The notes under the pieces were generated by a model. It had not been told where the DNA came from. It ran no database searches and saw only the letters and a program-made list of their open reading frames with translations. DNA of 23,228 bases from Octopus sinensis (lineage: Eukaryota), in assembly GCF_006345805.1 (NCBI RefSeq), contig NW_021823617.1:1-23228 (forward strand). Reading direction: 5' to 3'. A program made the position numbers and the translations under genes. The number at the start of each line of letters is the position of its first letter. The stretch's first letter is position 1. Below, one piece after another: positions 10,921-21,680 of this stretch.

Positions 10921-11020
10921 ATAGGCTTCTCTTCTTAGTCCCTTCTGCAGCGATGAGGGTTCATCTGGCATCTCAGCTAAAAATTTGTCCAGACTTTCTT
11001 TGAATATCCTCACATCTACA
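10921..11020 (-). mobile_element. CR1-group LINE ORF2 C-terminal fragment
   Basis: VDVRIFKESLDKFLAEMPDEP is homologous to ADVDIFKKHLDKLLSGIPDEP of the LINE at the window end. Confidence 0.75.
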
Positions 11021-11436
11021 CCTTTTCTTGTTATGACGGGCCAGTCACAGATTGTTATATCAGTTGTAGATTCCAAGCAGTATGTCTCTCCAGGTGTGTA
11101 AGTTAGTATAAGTTAGTTGCTGTAAGTATTTGTGAAAGGTCAACACAAAAGATTTTATGCAACTATAAAACCTGTTAATTGTCCGTACATGTTAGTTACT
11201 TCTTCACGCAGCCCGAAAAATACATTTTCATTCACCAGCAACGACGGCACAACAGTAGCTGCTGTAACTACCACGACAACGAATAACATCCGCGACAAAT
11301 GCCTAGGTTATCTCCCTTCTTTTCTTATCCGTAATGAGTTGTTAAGGTAAATTATTTATCATCACTAATGATGTAGTTTTAATTATTAAAAAATCCTTGG
11401 GTCAATACCAACCACTCTACTGACAGTTTATTATTA

Positions 11437-12182
11437 TTCTTCTTAATCTGTATTTGTTTCAGTCATCGGACTCTGTTCATGCTGAGACACCATGTCGAAG
11501 ATTTAAGCCAGACCAATCAACCCTAGAACATATTCATTTGAAGTCCAGTATTTATCGTAATTCCTCGAGTATGATCCGCATTTTTCCCCCAAAATTTAAA
11601 GGTCAAAATCCTTACTGCGTACTATATACGATGTTAAAAATGAAAAATATTTTCTAAGCAATGTCCGAGTCTCTATTTGCCGTCCGGCAATATTTATTCA
11701 GACGCATTTTGTGATGTCGGGCGCGAAAATACCTTAAGCTAAGCCTGAAAGCAATGAAGAATCATCTTTAACTTTCAGTAAGCAACATTAATTAAAATAA
11801 AAGTATTCAGAACACAGAATAACATGTAACAAAATCAACTTGCAAACATATTTACATTCCCATATAACAGTTAAGAACATCACCATTATAGTATTACGCA
11901 TGCGCGGAAGTGTTTGTTCCTACTAGGTACTGCTGGCTTAATTGCACACGCCTCAAGTCAGAGAAGGGGTGCGTATTATACACAAAGTTTAGGTTTTTCA
12001 GAGGTACAATCCCCCAAAAATCCCCTGCGTATTATACTCAAGGGCGGACTATACACGAGGATTTACGGTATTCTCTCGATCTCTGCCGAACACACTCGCA
12101 CCAGGATGACGTGCAGTGAAACTGAACTCTAAAATACATAGTTGCGAAATAGACTTCTTTAACCTTACAGCCACGCTTACCT
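11437..12182 (-). mobile_element. Old SINE family A copy split by a MITE insertion
   Basis: Tail (tttgtttcagtcat..catgctgagacacc) at 11437-11554; the body resumes at 12069 (tattctctcgatctctgccgaac); head remnant gcagtgaaactgaac..cagccacgc runs to ~12182. Confidence 0.7.
11555..12068. mobile_element. Tc1/mariner-superfamily (Tc2/pogo-like) MITE, 514 bp, TA target-site duplication
   Basis: TIRs TCGTAATTCCTCGAGTATGATCCGC and (reverse complement) CCGTAAATCCTCGTGTATAGTCCGC match at 20/25; TA on both sides (11553-11554, 12069-12070); internal repeats of TGCGTA(T/C)TATA. Confidence 0.85.
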
Positions 12183-12204
12183 CAATAGATTTGTCCTTCA
12201 GTGT

Positions 12205-12527
12205 TCATCACATATTAGTTTTTAGTCGTTTATAATTATTCATAGAAATATTGGCTTATGCTTATGTTATTGGTTTATAGTCACACATGACTGACTTTCA
12301 ATGACTTCTTATTCGTTCATAGTAATATTATTGGTTTATTGTAATTTATGATTGGTTTATAATCACACGATTGATATATAGCTACGTACCATTGGTTCAT
12401 AGATATATTTGCTTATAGACTTATCATTGGTTTATAGTCAATTATCATTGATTTATAGTTACATATGATCGATTTTTTGACACATTCATTTGATTCATAG
12501 TCACTTTATTAATCAATAGTCACATAG
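12205..12527. repeat. Degenerate ~20-bp minisatellite (consensus ~ATTGGTTTATAGTCACWTATC)
   Basis: Repeated attggtttatag / attgatttatag / attggttcatag units at roughly 18-22 bp spacing. Confidence 0.75.
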
Positions 12528-12531
12528 CGTA

Positions 12532-12938
12532 TCTTTTATCGTTTACTTGTTTCAGTCATTAGACTGCAGTCATGTTGGGGACACCTCCTGGAACGGTTTT
12601 AAACGAACGAATCACTCCTAGTACTTGATTGTAAGCCCGATACGTATTCTATGGGTATATTTTGCAGGTTCAATAGGATCCAGGAATGTAAATAAGCCAA
12701 CACTGGTTGTCAAGCGGTGGTGGTGGTGGTGGTGGTGGGGGGGGCAAATACAAATACACATACATAGTTACAGACACACACACACACACACGGTGCACTT
12801 CTTTCAGTTTCAGTCTACCTAATCCATCCAAAATGCATTTGTTGGCCCGGAGCTACGGTAAAACACAAGTGCTCAAGGCGTCACGCAGTGGGACTGAACC
12901 TGCAACCAATGGTCGCGAAGCTAACTTCTTACCACACA
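12532..12938 (-). mobile_element. SINE family A, near full-length diverged copy
   Basis: Reverse complement aligns to 496-908 (tgtgtggtaag..ggttcagtcccactgcgtg..gaaactgaaagaag..gactgaaacaagtaaa). Confidence 0.9.
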
Positions 12939-13019
12939 CACACACACACGTCATTGATTTTAATGACATATCGTTGTTTATAGTAATATCAATGGTATAA
13001 TATAATTAAATATGTAAGT

Positions 13020-13118
13020 TTAGAGGAATTATTTACATTATTTACATTGGACGGGTATTTGTCCTCATCTTGTTTGTTGTTAACACAACGTTTCGGCTGA
13101 TATGCCCTCCAGCCTTCT
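13020..13118 (-). mobile_element. Penelope-like fragment with a 5'-truncated hammerhead motif
   Basis: Minus strand AGA-A-GGCTG-gagggcatat-CAGCC-GAAA-CG-TT; the CUG of the catalytic core is lost at the boundary. Confidence 0.55.
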
Positions 13119-13147
13119 TAAATAAGTTTATTATTGAAGTTACTTAC

Positions 13148-13190
13148 CCCACTCTAATAGGATGTACTTGTCATATCGTAGAGGGCACAC
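13148..13190 (-). CDS. Candidate 43-nt internal exon (phase 0-1; VCPLRYDKYILLEW)
   Basis: Strong acceptor ttttttccccttctatttcag| and consensus donor ggg|gtaagt; only the phase-0 frame lacks a stop. Protein family not recognised. Confidence 0.45.
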
Positions 13191-13258
13191 CTGAAATAGA
13201 AGGGGAAAAATATAATTAATCAAATTATGAAAGAGTTATGCTATAAACAGCGGCTTCA

Positions 13259-13260
<2 letters not shown>

Positions 13261-13322
<62 letters not shown>

Positions 13323-13323
13323 A
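13261..13323. repeat. (CTA)n(CTG)n triplet repeat
   Basis: Directly visible. Confidence 0.95.
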
Positions 13324-13411
13324 CGTTAGGGATTATTTCAATGGTTATCCATTATCCTTTTCATTTCACAGACTCATTAAGGGACCCGCCACCAAATTTG
13401 TGGTGGTGTTG

Positions 13412-13491
13412 GTAGTAATAGTAGTAGTAGAGTAGTAGTAGTAGTAGTAGTAGAAGAAGACGAAGAAGGAGGAGAAGTAGTAGTAGTAGTT

Positions 13492-13525
<34 letters not shown>

Positions 13526-13626
13526 AAGAAGAAGAAGAAGAAGAAGAAGAAGAAGAAGAAGAAGAAGAAGAAGAAGAAGAAATATATACTTGCAAATGCA
13601 CACATGCATGAGTATACATATATACA

Positions 13627-13660
<34 letters not shown>

Positions 13661-13740
13661 CATACATACATATATACATACATACATACATACATACATA
13701 CATACATACATACATACATACATACATACATACATACATA
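13412..13740. repeat. (GTA)n, (GAA)n and (CATA)n repeats
   Basis: Directly visible. Confidence 0.95.
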
Positions 13741-13815
13741 GGAACGTTGGATCTAGGTTAGAAACTGGTTCTTTCTCTATTGGCAAGAAATCTTGAAATA
13801 AACTGAATAATGACA
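13740..13815 (+). mobile_element. Family E short element, partial copy abutting (CATA)n
   Basis: gatctaggttagaaactggttctttctctattggcaagaaatcttgaaataaactgaataatgac is the reverse complement of the units at 17075-17312. Confidence 0.75.
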
Positions 13816-14299
13816 ATAATAGTTTTAACAGTGGCTATGACCCAGAGTGGCAACCCTAATGTGAGGCGAATGGGCAATCCACCTCAGGTAGACCCCGTTT
13901 TGGTGTCTGCTGTACAGACTTGTAAAGAAGGCAGAAGACAAATCTAAGATGGCACACGCTCTTGCTATGATATAACTGACCAAAATCTTTTAGTGATCTC
14001 CGAGGGATCGAAAGTAAGAAAACATATTCGTGGGTTATCAGCTGAGGAGAGACCTTGTCTGTAGGTTTACAATAGCGTTTTCAGTTGTTAAACCTGCAGT
14101 TCTGTTAAACTTGGCTACATATTAAGTATACCGTCCAAGAACAGGTAGAATTCAATTTGGAAGGTACACAATTTCCATCTATATAATTTCTGCGCAAAGC
14201 TTGCGTCTACTGGAGACTATGATAAATAAGAGTTTCTAAAGCTGCGATTGAACGAGGCAGAACATGATTGTGAAGCTCATGCTTTAATCACATGCATCC

Positions 14300-15109
14300 A
14301 GTGAGACAGAAAAAGAGAGAGGCAGGCAAAATAAAAGAGAGAAGGCAGATAGACAAAAAGCAGATAGAAAAAAGAGAGAGAAAGGGATAGATAGACAGAG
14401 AACGAGAGAAAGACTCAGAGAAAGAGAGAGAGGGGTAAGCAGGGAGAGAGAGACACTGAGGAAGGTAAATAGATAGGGAAAAAGAGAGAGGGTTAGATAA
14501 ACAAAAAGAGAGGGAAAAGGATAGATGGGCAGGAAAAGAGAGAAAAGCTGAGAGAAAGAGAGAGAGAGAGAGAGAGTAGGCAGGCGAGAAAGACAGCGAC
14601 ACACAGAGGAAGGTAGATAGGGAAAGAGAGAGAGAGAGAGGGCAAGGAAAGAGAGAGGCAGATAGACAAAAAGAGAGAGGGGCAGGGCAAGTGAGAAATC
14701 GAGAGACAAAAAAGGAGAGAAAAGGATAGATTGGCAGTATAAGAGAGAAAAGCTGATAGAGAGCGGTAGACAGCGAGATAGAGACACCGGGAGCAACAGA
14801 CAGGGAAAGACGGAGAGGCAGCGAGAAAGAGAGTGAGACAAGGAGAGAGATAGTGGCAGGGAGGGAGATGCAAGAAAAGAGAAAGGTAGAGAAACAGAGG
14901 CAGGGAGAGAGAGAGGGAGGGCAAAAGAGGGAAGGAGAGAGAGGGAAGAAGAGAGAGGAAAGGAGAGAAAGAGAAGGCGAGAGAGGGAAGAAGAGAGAGG
15001 TTTGAAGCGGGAGAGAGCTGCAGAGAGACCGAGAGAGAAAGAGAGAGAGAGAGGGAGAGAGAGAGAAAGAGATAGATAGATAGAGAGAGAAATAAAGAAA
15101 GAGGGAAAG

Positions 15110-15172
<63 letters not shown>

Positions 15173-15195
15173 AAGAGAGCGCGCGCGCGAGAAAG
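14300..15195. repeat. ~900-bp polypurine (GA-rich) tract ending in (GATA)n and (GC)n
   Basis: Plus strand is overwhelmingly A/G; source of the spurious 308-aa and 331-aa L/S/F ORFs. Confidence 0.92.
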
Positions 15196-15689
15196 AAATA
15201 GGTGATGCAATCAATATTCGTTTAGTGGAAAGAGTGAAGAATAAATTGAATAGAAAGTGGTGGGAGTGAATAAGTGAAGACAAAATTCAGAAGAGTGGGA
15301 GGAGAGAATAACTGGCGATTAACCGATGGGGATGATACGGTTGGTTAGTCAAAACTGAGTGTTCTTGGAATCGTCTTGTAAGGCCTAAAGAATTGGATCT
15401 GCTTTAAGATTGCATTCCGTCTTTGATGGCGACATATTGAATGACTAGAGAGAATTTTGACTGCTATATATATTCATCTGGATCTTAGGAAATGATGGGT
15501 AATGGATTGGGTGTAGCTTAAGCTAATAAGCTAATAAGCTGCTGCTGTTTTCCTTCCGAGGACTAATTCTGTAACTAGACCGTTTGATATCAAGTTTGAA
15601 TTGTATTCACTGCCTGCAAGACATCAGTCTGTGTGTGTGTGTGTGATGGGGAGAGAGACAAAAGACACACACACATATACACACAAGCC

Positions 15690-15916
15690 ATTTCTTTATT
15701 ACCCACAAGGGGCTAAACATAGAAGGGACGAAACAAGGACAGCCATAGGTATTAAGTCGATTACATCGACCCCAGTGCGTAACTGGTACTTAATTTATCG
15801 ACCCCGAAAGGATGAAAGGTAAAGTCGACCTCGGCGGAATTTGAACTCACAACGTAACGGCAGACGAAATACCGCTAAGCATTTCGTCCGACGTGCTAAC
15901 GTTTCTGCCAGCTCGC
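15690..15916 (-). mobile_element. tRNA-derived SINE family B (central domain resembles the Meta/MESC type), full length
   Basis: Head GCGAGCTGGCAGAAACGTTAGCAC, B box GAGTTCAAATTCC (15836-15848), central CCTTTCATCCTTTCGGGGTCGATAAATTAAGTACCAG, 3' end ..CCCCTTGTGGGTAATAAAGAAAT. Domain name is from recall. Confidence 0.85.
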
Positions 15917-16033
15917 ACACCCCACTGCATACAAACAGAGGTGAGGAGAGAGGGAGACACGGAAAGAAAAATTGAGACTCTGTCAGGCAAGTAGTGAGTT
16001 CGATTCCAATTAGATATTAATCAAACAAAAAAT

Positions 16034-16067
<34 letters not shown>

Positions 16068-16068
<1 letters not shown>

Positions 16069-16232
16069 ATACAAAATGGGACAAGAACACAATGCATCCG
16101 GACAACTAGGTGAAACAAAAAGGGACAACAAAACATCCAGATAGACGATCCCCAAAAAACAAGGACGGGTCATTCGAAGCTTCCTATCCTCAGTCATGAA
16201 CCGGATCATCCTCGCAATTTCGGCTGATTAAC
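16068..16232. mobile_element. Unclassified interspersed repeat fragment (possibly PLE-related) inserted in (TA)n
   Basis: Complex block sharply bounded by TA repeats; internal duplication gggacaa..caa..catcc.ga; minus-strand CTGAGGA..CGAAT is only loosely hammerhead-like. Confidence 0.35.
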
Positions 16233-16379
16233 ATATATATAAATATATACATTTGCGTGTATGTACGTATGCATATATGCATACACGTGCACATACATGT
16301 ATGCATGTATGCATATATATGTGTGTGTGTCAAGAGCATAACATGCATAAAGTTATGTGTGCACAAATACATGCACGCA

Positions 16380-16453
<74 letters not shown>

Positions 16454-17074
16454 GTCTGTCTATCTACCACTTGCTTAACCAATCTATAGCTGCCATTAAG
16501 TAATTTTATGATTGAATTACTACATAATTATTTACATGGCTGTTTCATTCTTGGACATAGTGCGAGGCTTTTCCCATGCAAAGGAAGGCTAGACTGAATA
16601 AATTCTAGCGCTTCGTGGATATTTATTTATTTAAGGTTGTGCATATGCATATATGCATAAATACATCGAAATTAATGAATATAAAATTATATGTTACTGA
16701 ATTCGAAAATCAAGTAGAAATCCGTTGTACTAAAAGTATTAAAGGGCAAAACAGATTTACTATTCGACACATATTCTAACATTTCCCTGAGACTGACACT
16801 GGATGACTTCAATGGAAATCTGGATAGTATAAAAGGAGATGCCTCATTTTGTTTTAAAAGTGACAGCTTACGTGTGCAGTTACCTGAAATATTTTGTGTT
16901 AGTAGATAGGGGATAGTCATGATGCTTATCTCTTTGATATTAAAAGAGCAGGAGAGTAGAACCAGACCAACGGTTGGTGGATGTTTGTAAAAAAATCTGT
17001 GCTTTTAGACTATGTATGTATGTATGTATGTATGTATGTATGTATGTATGTATGTATGTATGTATGTATGTATG

Positions 17075-17312
17075 TCATTGGTCAGTTTTATTTCAAGATT
17101 TCTTGCCAATAGAGAAAAAACCGGTTTCTAACCTAGATTCAAGGCACCTTCTTTGGAATTTCAACATCAACAACAGGGTATTTTTGATGTAGGTATTTAT
17201 ATCATTATTCAGTTTATTTCAAGATTTCGTGCCAATAGAGAAAGAACCGGTTTCTAACCTAGATCTAAGGCTCCTTCATTGGAATTTCAAAATCAACAAC
17301 AGGGTATTTTTG
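17075..17312 (-). mobile_element. Family E short element, tandem dimer (17075-17186, 17202-17312) embedded in (TATG)n
   Basis: Two ~112-bp units at a 127-bp period; on the minus strand the distal unit ends GAAATAAAACTGACCAATGA followed by (CATA)n. Confidence 0.85.
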
Positions 17313-17394
17313 TATGTATGTATGTATATATGTATGTATGTATGTATGTAGTGTATGTGCAGATTAGTATATTTTGTTCTATGTTTTATTATAT

Positions 17395-17448
<54 letters not shown>

Positions 17449-17714
17449 CACCCATCCTCTCCGATACTAATCGAAACCAGTTGGGCCAAGGGCTTAAGCT
17501 GAAGGCATTAAACCCCTGAGCAAGGCAAACGAATGTACATATACAAACACAAGGAAATAACAAACAGAAAGAGTCTTTCGACTATCGGACGAACATAAAA
17601 ATAGAATTATACATAGCATAAAAAATAGAATTATACATATACAATGGACAAAATCCCTTCGGCTATACAACAAAAATGAAACAAAACAGAGTCTTCCGAC
17701 TATCAGACGGTGTA

Positions 17715-18610
<896 letters not shown>

Positions 18611-19031
18611 CATGCACGCAAGCACATATGTCTAGATCTATTTTTGCACACGTTCTAGTCTACACATAATATATGTCTAGGAGAAAAGATCAAAAGGAAA
18701 AATCAATTAAAGAACCGCCATGATTGCACGACATGATGGCAATGGGAAGGTGGAGCTGCTCGGTGCAAAATCGTTTATTCATGCTCTACCGCACATTATC
18801 GAATTGCAAAGTAAGCCAAGCATGACCACTTAAACACGCCGGTATTCTTCCAGCGTTGCCTTCTTAACCCGAGGCAAGCGTTCCTTTTAAATACAACTCT
18901 AGAATAAAATAGCTCAATGCCCGTTTTAGAAACGTTCACTTTCCATTTCACTACCCTGCCTCCTCGCTCTGGCTTCCACAATTCCTCTACTCCGTCGATA
19001 TCCATCCAATTAATTTTCTGTCTATTAATTT

Positions 19032-19128
<97 letters not shown>

Positions 19129-19383
19129 CACTTAGTTATTAGCTTCATTCATCTAGACTCCTAAAACACAATTCGATTTGCTTTCTTACACACACATACA
19201 TACATACATACATACATACATACATACATACTACACATACGCACATACATACATGTATAAATACATACATACATACATACGTACATACATGCATACGAGC
19301 ATTCATGCTGCATGCGTTGCGTACGTACAAATATTATAAAATATATAAATAAATATATATACACACAAATATGCAAATATGCA

Positions 19384-19414
<31 letters not shown>

Positions 19415-19519
19415 TACATATATATACTATACATACATACATACATATAGATATGTATATATATATATATTATATATTATATATATATATATATAATATA
19501 TATATTATATAGTATGTAT

Positions 19520-19652
19520 AGATTCATATGAATAAGGTACTTAAGTTGAGGCACCAGATATCCATACAATTTCAAAATAAGGTGGTTCAATCAAAATAAG
19601 CAACAAGAATATCCAGAGGTAATGCAGGATATTATTGTTGCTTATTTTGATT
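19520..19652 (-). mobile_element. Penelope-like fragment with a terminal fold-back (26-bp inverted repeat)
   Basis: Minus strand from 19627 reads CTGCATTACCTCTGGATATTCTTGTTGCTTATTTTGA, matching 21675-21711. Arms 19589-19614 and 19627-19652 match at 25/26 with a 12-nt loop. Confidence 0.7.
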
Positions 19653-19684
<32 letters not shown>

Positions 19685-19714
19685 TGTATGTATGTATGTA
19701 TGTATGTATGTATG

Positions 19715-19770
<56 letters not shown>

Positions 19771-20244
19771 ATCTATCTATCTATATATATATACACAGAC
19801 ATATATAAACGTGTATGTGTGTGTATATATATATATATTTGTACATATAAAATGTATATATTATTACACTTGTACGTTCTTACCTGTATACGTTTTACGT
19901 AACAAAGAAGGGAAGTAACTAGAATAGAGGGAAATGCAGGGGAAGAAAAATGAGGTCGTAGTCAGAGAAGATAAAGTGTGGTAGAGATAGTAAGAGTTAC
20001 GTAAAGAGGTTGGAATTGAAAATAGTGGATATTTAAAGATGAAACTGGAAGGGGAGAAGGAATTATGATGACTGCTAAGTTAGCAAGGACATTTTATCTT
20101 ATTTTCTTATTTTTCCCCTTTCTTTCTCAAGGCATTTGTTATAATTATAAGATAAGATAACAAGAACTGAAAAATGGCATTATTTTCTTTATGTATGTAT
20201 GTATGGCTAAATAGGTACGTATAACTACATTGCTACACACATAA

Positions 20245-20263
20245 TATTTATGATATATATATC

Positions 20264-20297
<34 letters not shown>

Positions 20298-20439
20298 ATA
20301 TAATATATATATATTATATATATATATATATATTATATATATATATACATATATATATACATATATATATATACATATATACATATATATATATACATAT
20401 ATACACACATCATATATATATATACATATATACATATAT

Positions 20440-20504
<65 letters not shown>
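20245..20504. repeat. (TA)n/(CA)n microsatellite
   Basis: Directly visible. Confidence 0.95.
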
Positions 20505-20505
<1 letters not shown>

Positions 20506-20813
20506 CACTGTGATCACTGTGATCGACCAGGCTATCAGATGTTGCTACACATCGCCGGTCACAATGCGCTTCGCATTGTTTTAGCCTTCAAATGACGCCA
20601 ACCCGCTGGCTAAGCGAGCAGGCCAACAAAAGAAAGAGTGAGAGAAAGTTGTGGCGAAAGAGTACAGCAGTGATCGCCACCACCCCCTGCCAGAACTTCG
20701 TGGAGCTTTATGTGTTTTCGCTCAATAAACACTCACAACGCCCGGTCTGGGAATCGAAACCGAGATCCTACAACCGCGAGTCCGCTGCCCTAACCACTAG
20801 GCCATTGCGCCTC

Positions 20814-20816
<3 letters not shown>
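20505..20816 (-). mobile_element. tRNA-derived SINE family C, full length
   Basis: Head GTGGAGGCGCAATGGCCTAGTGGTTAGGGCAGCGGACT.., A box TGGCCTAGTGG (20794-20804), B box GGTTTCGATTCC (20750-20761), tail of tandem TCACAGTGA; sits between (CA)n/(TA)n repeats. Confidence 0.88.
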
Positions 20817-20876
<60 letters not shown>

Positions 20877-21050
20877 TTGCTTGTCCTTACATTTACTCCT
20901 CTACCTGGTCAAGTTCAAATCTCTTGAACACTACGAAGTGTATTCTATACAGAGAATACCTGTCTCTAATCTATATGTATGTATATATACTTATGTATGT
21001 ATATACATGTTGTAAATTTTTGTGTATATATATATATATATATATATATA

Positions 21051-21429
21051 CTAGCAGTATCGCCCGGCGTTGCTCAGGTTTGTAAGGGAAATACTACTAT
21101 AAAGCATTTTTAAAGAGAGTATAGCCAAAAAATGGAAAAAAAATGATGGTAAATTTTTTTTGAGATTAAAAAGAGGTGGAGTTGCGTCCCTAGAACAGTT
21201 TGTGGTTTGTGTTTCTGCTTTCGCTCGACCCATGTCGAATTTATCGATTTTTTTTCAGAACTGGGAACTTTTCAAAATTTTCGCTGCGTTAGTTTTGAAT
21301 TATGACATTGGGCTATGTGTGTGTCAAGTTCATCAATCAGAATCGGTTGAAAGCCGTGGTCAGGGTGAGGGTACAAGCAAACAGACACACAGAAACACGC
21401 ACAGACAAACTGTGCCGTTTACATAGAGA
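21051..21429 (-). mobile_element. Non-autonomous Helitron-type element (379 bp)
   Basis: Minus strand a|TCTCTATG...CCTGAGCAACGCCGGGCGATACTGCTAG|t: 5' TC, subterminal hairpin, 3' CTAG, inserted in A^T with no TSD. Confidence 0.85.
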
Positions 21430-21584
21430 TATATATATATATATGTATATATGGATGAGTTCAGTAAAAATTTAGATTAAGACGAATATGGTACTTGTTC
21501 TTTGTCTATATCCTAATCCTCTTGGAGATTTTAGGTAAAATCATACTAATGTGTCCTTCTAATTTAATTAAATTCTATGTCTTT

Positions 21585-21680
21585 GTGCAGCTGAAGATTT
21601 CTCTACATTTTAAATTGATGTAATGAATCACTGCATTGTTCAATTAAATGGAGTAGTCGCATGAAACGATCGTACTACAT
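21585..21680 (+). ncRNA. Type I hammerhead ribozyme motif (PLE type) with a long stem II
   Basis: Stem I GUGCAG/CUACAU (5 of 6 pairs), CUGAAGA (21591-21597), ~65-nt hairpin-forming stem II region, GAAA (21663-21666), palindromic CGAUCG, GUA triplet; predicted cleavage after A21674. Base of stem II is mismatched. Confidence 0.65.

Noticed and set aside
14041-14066. CTGAGGA followed by a small AGAC/GTCT hairpin
   Set aside because: No GAAA box follows.
14284-15283. 308-aa and 331-aa minus-strand ORFs
   Set aside because: Translations of a CT-rich tract that rarely contains stop codons; L/S/F-biased composition with no domain.
12205-17709. CRISPR-like arrays (12205-12527, 17075-17312, 17561-17709)
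   Set aside because: No constant repeat with unique equal-length spacers, no cas genes, eukaryotic context.
19884-19918. 35-nt minus-strand exon-like segment with a CAG|GTAAGA donor
   Set aside because: The body is pyrimidine-rich low complexity, and such site pairs are common in AT-rich DNA.
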